A stretch of 64,000 nt of DNA from the human T2T-CHM13v2.0 reference genome, Homo sapiens, in NCBI RefSeq assembly GCF_009914755.1, contig NC_060933.1. The stretch is one strand, 5' to 3'. The translations under genes were made by a program, and so were the position numbers. Shown piece after piece: positions 58,823 through 64,000 of the stretch (its first letter is position 1; every line of letters begins with the position of its first letter). Below the pieces are notes generated by a model, which saw only the letters and a list, made by a program, of their open reading frames with translations, searched no databases and had not been told where the DNA came from.

Positions 58823-61800
58823 TTCCAGATTGTAAATTCCTCAAGGACAGAAATTCTACCCTGTTCAACACTGTGTTCTTCAGTTCTTAGAATAGGGCAT
58901 GACACATATTTACTAAGCAAGTGGCTGCTTAATAAATATTTGATGAATACATGAAAGAATAAATGATATGCATAAAAGAAAAAAATTGAGTAAAATTTCT
59001 GAGAGACGATGAATAAGAAAGAATAGAAGCCAACTTGACTGTTTATATTCTACTTCTGAAGATGGGAGATGCTTCAAGATCTGATTGAATATATTTTCCC
59101 AGCTTCCCCACTTTTTTGCACTGGAAGCCAGGACTCCTCACACTGCAGGGTATTCAGGAAACAAAGGATACAAAGCAGTGGAGAACAAGCAGCATTAACC
59201 TTGCTGCCTTCCACAGGATTCGCCTTGAAGTGGTTGGGGAGGGAGCCCTTAGCAATATGGAGACAGCCTTATTGGAGGCTGAACATGAAAGCAATGTTAT
59301 GGAGTCTGGAGGTCCCTGACCACAGTAAAAGGGATCAAGTCTACATCACTGGGAGACAGTGGCCTATTAGAAGAAAGAGAAGTCAAAAACTGGTAGAGCG
59401 CCAAAAAGAGGGGCAGAAAACAAAGAATAAAAGAACAGAAGGTCACCAATGCAGATTAAAATTACTAATCAAGAAACAAAACTCTTGTTTTCTTTAGGAG
59501 CCTGTTGCTTTTGTCATCACTGGCACTTCATCTCTCAGTCCAGGTAGAAATACCGCCCCCAGCTTACCTCCCCCTACTCCCGTGCACTAAATCGCAGGAA
59601 AAGTGTTTTGAAAGTCAAGAAACAATCTCTATAAAATTCTTATTAGCTGGACCCTTACTACTCTGGAAGCCCAGCTGTGCATGTTGCCTCCAAAATAGTC
59701 ATCCAGCAATCTCTTAGTTAGGTTGATGCATCTGACAAAAATCTGTATTTCAGAGCAATGAACCACCTGAGATGATGATTACTCGTCCCTCAGAGAACTG
59801 TGTTTTCCTCTGGGATGACAGAAACAAACACAGCAAGATGAAAGCAGCCTTTCCAGATGCCCTGCAGGCAGATGTATCAGAAAGCAGACCCTCTCTACAA
59901 AGCAATGACATCCCTGACTCCCCAGATACTCACCGTGAGTTCAGCTGCAGGAGGCAGACTAAAGCAGAATGGCTCACTGAACTTAGAAGCCAACTTAGAA
60001 GCACTGGATGCTTGCCTGTTGCTTGCTAATTTGTATCATTTAAAACAACCCAGCCTATTGAAAGTTGAAATTGTCTGCACAGAAACCATCCACTACTCCT
60101 GTTTTTAAGTCCCCAGCGACAGGGCTACCAGCAGATGCTGCCGAAGGGTCTGGGCAGAGCCCAGTCTCTCTAGTCTGCTTTTTAGTTCAGGTGTTCACAA
60201 TGGAGTCTAATATTTCATCACATAGCTCAGGTTTCTAAGCCTTTTCTCTTGACTCACTCAACTCCTGGTTCTAATCTCCTTCGCTTTAGTTCCTTCTGTG
60301 TCTCCTCCTCTAAGTCAGTGGTCTCTGGACAGTTTCCTCTGGAACAGTGTCTAAGAGAGCAAGTCCCAAGTATCAATTTTAAGAGCAATGTGAGCTGGTG
60401 GCATAAGACTCACCTGAGGAGCCTGTTAAGTAAAGATTCCTGGGTCCTGCACCTGAAAGTTCTGACTTGATAGGTCTGAGATAAGGTTCTTGCATATGTA
60501 TTTTTAACAGGGATTTCTAATGTGTATCCTAATCTGGAAACCACTTTTCCAAAGGACAGCAAAAGCTTACCCAGACAAAAATGCTACCCAGAACTGGAAC
60601 TACTGAAATTTTCATTGTCCCATTGTTAATCCCATCAGCCAAAGGCCATTGTCAAAATGTATAAATGAGCTAACTTACAGATTGTAGACTCTGCTTTAGG
60701 CTGTGAATTCCTTAAGGGAGGGGCCTTGCCTTTTTGTTTTTGTATCTCTTGCAGCCAGTAAGCTATAGTTGGAAGATCACTGGTCTCTGGACTCAGATTT
60801 AGATTAGATCCCTTACTTCATTACTCTGTGCGACTTACATCAAACAAATTACTTAACTTTCCATGTGCTTCAGCCTTCTAATTTGTAAAATGGGAGTAAT
60901 ATGATAAAATGGAATAAAAGTGAAACATAAGACTTGGAAAAAAGGGGTTGATCTTGGAACTCAAAGACATATTGGGATGTCTAGAAGAAGAGGGAGGTAT
61001 TTTGGTACACAGTTCTCATACTGGATGAGAGGTACATTGATGAGATAGCAAGGACCCCATATTCATGACTAATTTCCAGAACCAGATACAAACATAGGAG
61101 GTAAAGTGGAGGAGAGGTGCAGCAGAAATAGAAAGTGTTGTTTTTACTAAGAATCTATGAGAAACACAGAAAAAGGTAGGCAAGTCATGATGACCCAGGT
61201 GGCAAAGCGAAGTACAAGCTAAGAAGTACATCCAGGCCTTCTCCACCCTGCTCCCCAGAACAGGGAACATGGTACTCCATAGACCATCAAGGGATATAGC
61301 CAATGAGAATTTAGGACACTGGCAAAGCACTGGACGTAAGGTGTTCACCATATACAAGGGAGGTATTCGCAGTTGTCAGTAGTAGGTATGAGCCACACAC
61401 ACACACACCAAAAGTGAGAGGACATTCCTCAACTTTGGTCATATCACTGAAGAAGGCCTGGAGCAAGCAGAGCTAGAAAAAGAAAAAATGAATGGTCAGC
61501 GTCACAGGGAAGCAGATAGAACTTATTGATTAACACATGAGACATCCCTAAGGATACCCTACAAATAACTGTCAGGGGTGTTTTCAGGAGAAAATATTTT
61601 CCACATTCTCCAGAAGGATCAGGAACTGTAAAATAGAGGTTAAGGTATAAAGTAGTTGACATATTTTAGAGCTTAATGACTGTTACTTGATTTTCCTTGC
61701 AAACAATTGAAGAAGAATTTAGAGTGCCTGGATACCCTAACATTGACAAATTATTTTAAATAAACCTCTGTTTTATTTGGTGTATTTGTATTATTCCATT

Positions 61801-62154
61801 TGGAAAAATTATAGGAAAACTTAAAATATGACACAGCTATATATGTGCATATTTGCTTAACTAAAATATATGCACATGCAAACTGAAGAAAAACACATAT
61901 GGCCATCCAGATGACATAATCAAGCATACTTGTAATCATTAGCAGCCATCCTTAACTATTGTGAGATATAGTTCCTGATAGTAACCAAGATGACTGTGAA
62001 TTTGCCACCATCCATATCCATAATGGCAATCACATAGCTATTATGGTATCAGTTCCATATTCATTCAACAATAATTCATTAAGTTCCCATTATGTCCAAG
62101 GATGTTTGAATTAACCAGGACCCTGTCCCTGCTCAAGAAATTCGTAGACTAGTT

Positions 62155-62446
62155 CAGGGGTTGGCAAACTACAGTCTGCAGACAAAATCCAGTCTCTATC
62201 TGTTTTAATAGATAAAGTTTTTGTTTATGTGCTATTTACAGCTCCTTTCACTTTACAATGGCAGTCGATGATTGCCATAGAGACCATATATTTTGGAGCA
62301 TTTCAGATTTCAGATTTCAGATTTTCAGATTAGGGATCAGCCTGCATAAATAGTTTCAGTTTCTTTGGAAAACCCTGACTAATACAGCCTATGATCCTAA
62401 AATATTTACTTTCTACCCCTTTATAGCAAAAGTTTGCTGACCCCTG
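62155..62446. mobile_element. MER58-type hAT transposon with a nested Tigger4/Zombi-like end fragment
   Basis: TIRs caggggttggcaaact ... agtttgctgacccctg; internal ttttggagcatttcagatttcagatttcagattttcagattagggat. Confidence 0.7.
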
Positions 62447-63928
62447 GTGTAGCTGAAAAGATAGAAAAAGTAAACAGGCAATTCTAATGGAATGTGGTAA
62501 GTGCACTTCCAAAAATAAAATCCTAGGAATACTCAGAAGGGGCACCTAACACATAGCAGGAAAGATTCCTGGAAGTGGTACCTATGAGTGGAGCTTGACA
62601 CCTGGGTAAGGACTCACTGGATAAAGAAGTATAGAAGTGCCTTCTAGAAAGAAGGACAAGTTTATTTATAGATATATCCCCTTTGTGGGACTGCAATATA
62701 ATAAAAGCTTCATGAGGGCAGGCATTTTTTTTTACTGTTTTATTCCTTAAAGTATCCAATCACCTGGAACTATTCCTGGCTCATTGAGGGTGCTCAATAA
62801 ATATGCACTGAATGAATTCAAAACATTCAAATGGCTGGAGTACTGGGAAGATGAGTTTGGAAGGAAGAAAGTTATATAATCAAGCCAAACAACAAAGTGA
62901 GGCCTCAGAAATCATATGCTAGTTTTTGAACATTGATCAGTATTTACATCACTAATGACAGATTAGTTTGGACTTAGAAAACAGTCCTTATCTGCTGGAT
63001 TCTGGCCTCCAAACCCAGTGATTATTACTTGAGGGATTTTAGAGGTTGAGTTGGGAGGGGATTAATGGAGACTGGGAAATTTATGAATTTTCTCTTTGGA
63101 ATGTACTTTGAGACTAGTGCCCAAATCTATAGAAAGGGGAAAGTTTTTGAAATGACAATTATTTTTAACTCAAGCCTGTATCCACTAATGCATCATCTTT
63201 TTTATTTACTTGGATGCAGTAGCTGTGACTAGGGGGTTTAGAGCCAACAGTTTTAATTAGAATGAAATAATGAAACATTGTCCCTATCTTACCTCATTTG
63301 CCAATGGCTGATTGACAAACCTAAGAAATGTTATGAATAGCATGCTCATGGAGGAAATAACTGGCTAGTTTTAAATATGTCAGTATGAAAATACTACTTT
63401 AAATGAGAGATTTCAATTGTATAGTGAAGGAAAAAATGATTTCTGGCTAAGGCATAAGTAAGCTCTATGTTTTACCCTCATTTGGTCACAATGTAGATTG
63501 GTCTTCAATAACACTTATCAATGATTATTCACAACTAAAATTAATCTTCCAGTTATCCTAGAATATTATTTTTCATTTTTGAATCCCAGGAAGTATTTCA
63601 GGACTCTTGTTATAACCTACCACACTGAACTGCTCCTGACTACCTGCCATGCTTAGCAAAAAGGTCTTCTTTTTCCTAACATAAATTTTAGTATCAAATT
63701 AATTTATACCATGTGTCATGTAACATCTCTTATCAGGGAAATTTTACTTTATAGATTGCAATCTTGGAAGTATATTATTGTGCCCATTATAATCTTTTAA
63801 AGTATCTTTTTAAAAAATCTAGAATTACTGACAAAAAGGTTAAAATTTAGGAACATCTGATTGCTTAAGTCATGGATAAGGAGAGGGGAAATGGTAGCAA
63901 AAATAAATGATTTTGCAATGAAGCCTAT

Positions 63929-63930
<2 letters not shown>

Positions 63931-63964
<34 letters not shown>

Positions 63965-64000
63965 AGGTGGAGTCTCGCTCTGTCACCCAGGCTGGAGTGC
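63931..64000 (-). mobile_element. Alu 3' end with 33-nt T tract (runs off the window)
   Basis: T33 followed by gaggtggagtctcgctctgtcacccaggctggagtgc. Confidence 0.9.

Overview
Mammalian, primate-type genomic DNA, most likely human chr9q31.1 (identified from recalled protein sequences, not from a search). Two genes lie tail-to-tail. (1) On the + strand are the last four coding exons of PLPPR1 (LPPR1/PRG-3): 21177-21427, 24764-24940, 29331-29462, and 35991-36023 plus 3'UTR. All splice sites are canonical and the frame is continuous. (2) On the - strand is an unprocessed three-coding-exon pseudogene of the BAAT/ACNAT/type-I ACOT family (ACNATP, 51323->46058). It keeps all splice sites, a Cys-Asp-His catalytic triad and a C-terminal SKL peroxisomal signal, and is broken by only three lesions: one nonsense codon, a (CTGAG)n expansion and a 1-nt frameshift. 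The remainder is repeat-rich intron and intergenic DNA: a full-length disabled L1PA3 (16-bp TSD, extra 5' nucleotides, ZNF93-bound segment retained, extended ORF0), a MER11 solo LTR, THE1/MST/MLT1 LTRs, about 15 Alus and several DNA transposons. Smaller structural oddities include a 72-bp dispersed duplication flanking a CTCF motif, a fold-back insertion in a THE1 LTR, a nested AT-rich inverted repeat abutting a truncated Alu, and a 300-bp G/A tract. No prokaryote-type systems (CRISPR, operons) are present. I found no wholly new biological system; the most notable item is the near-intact, Cys-nucleophile ACNAT pseudogene.
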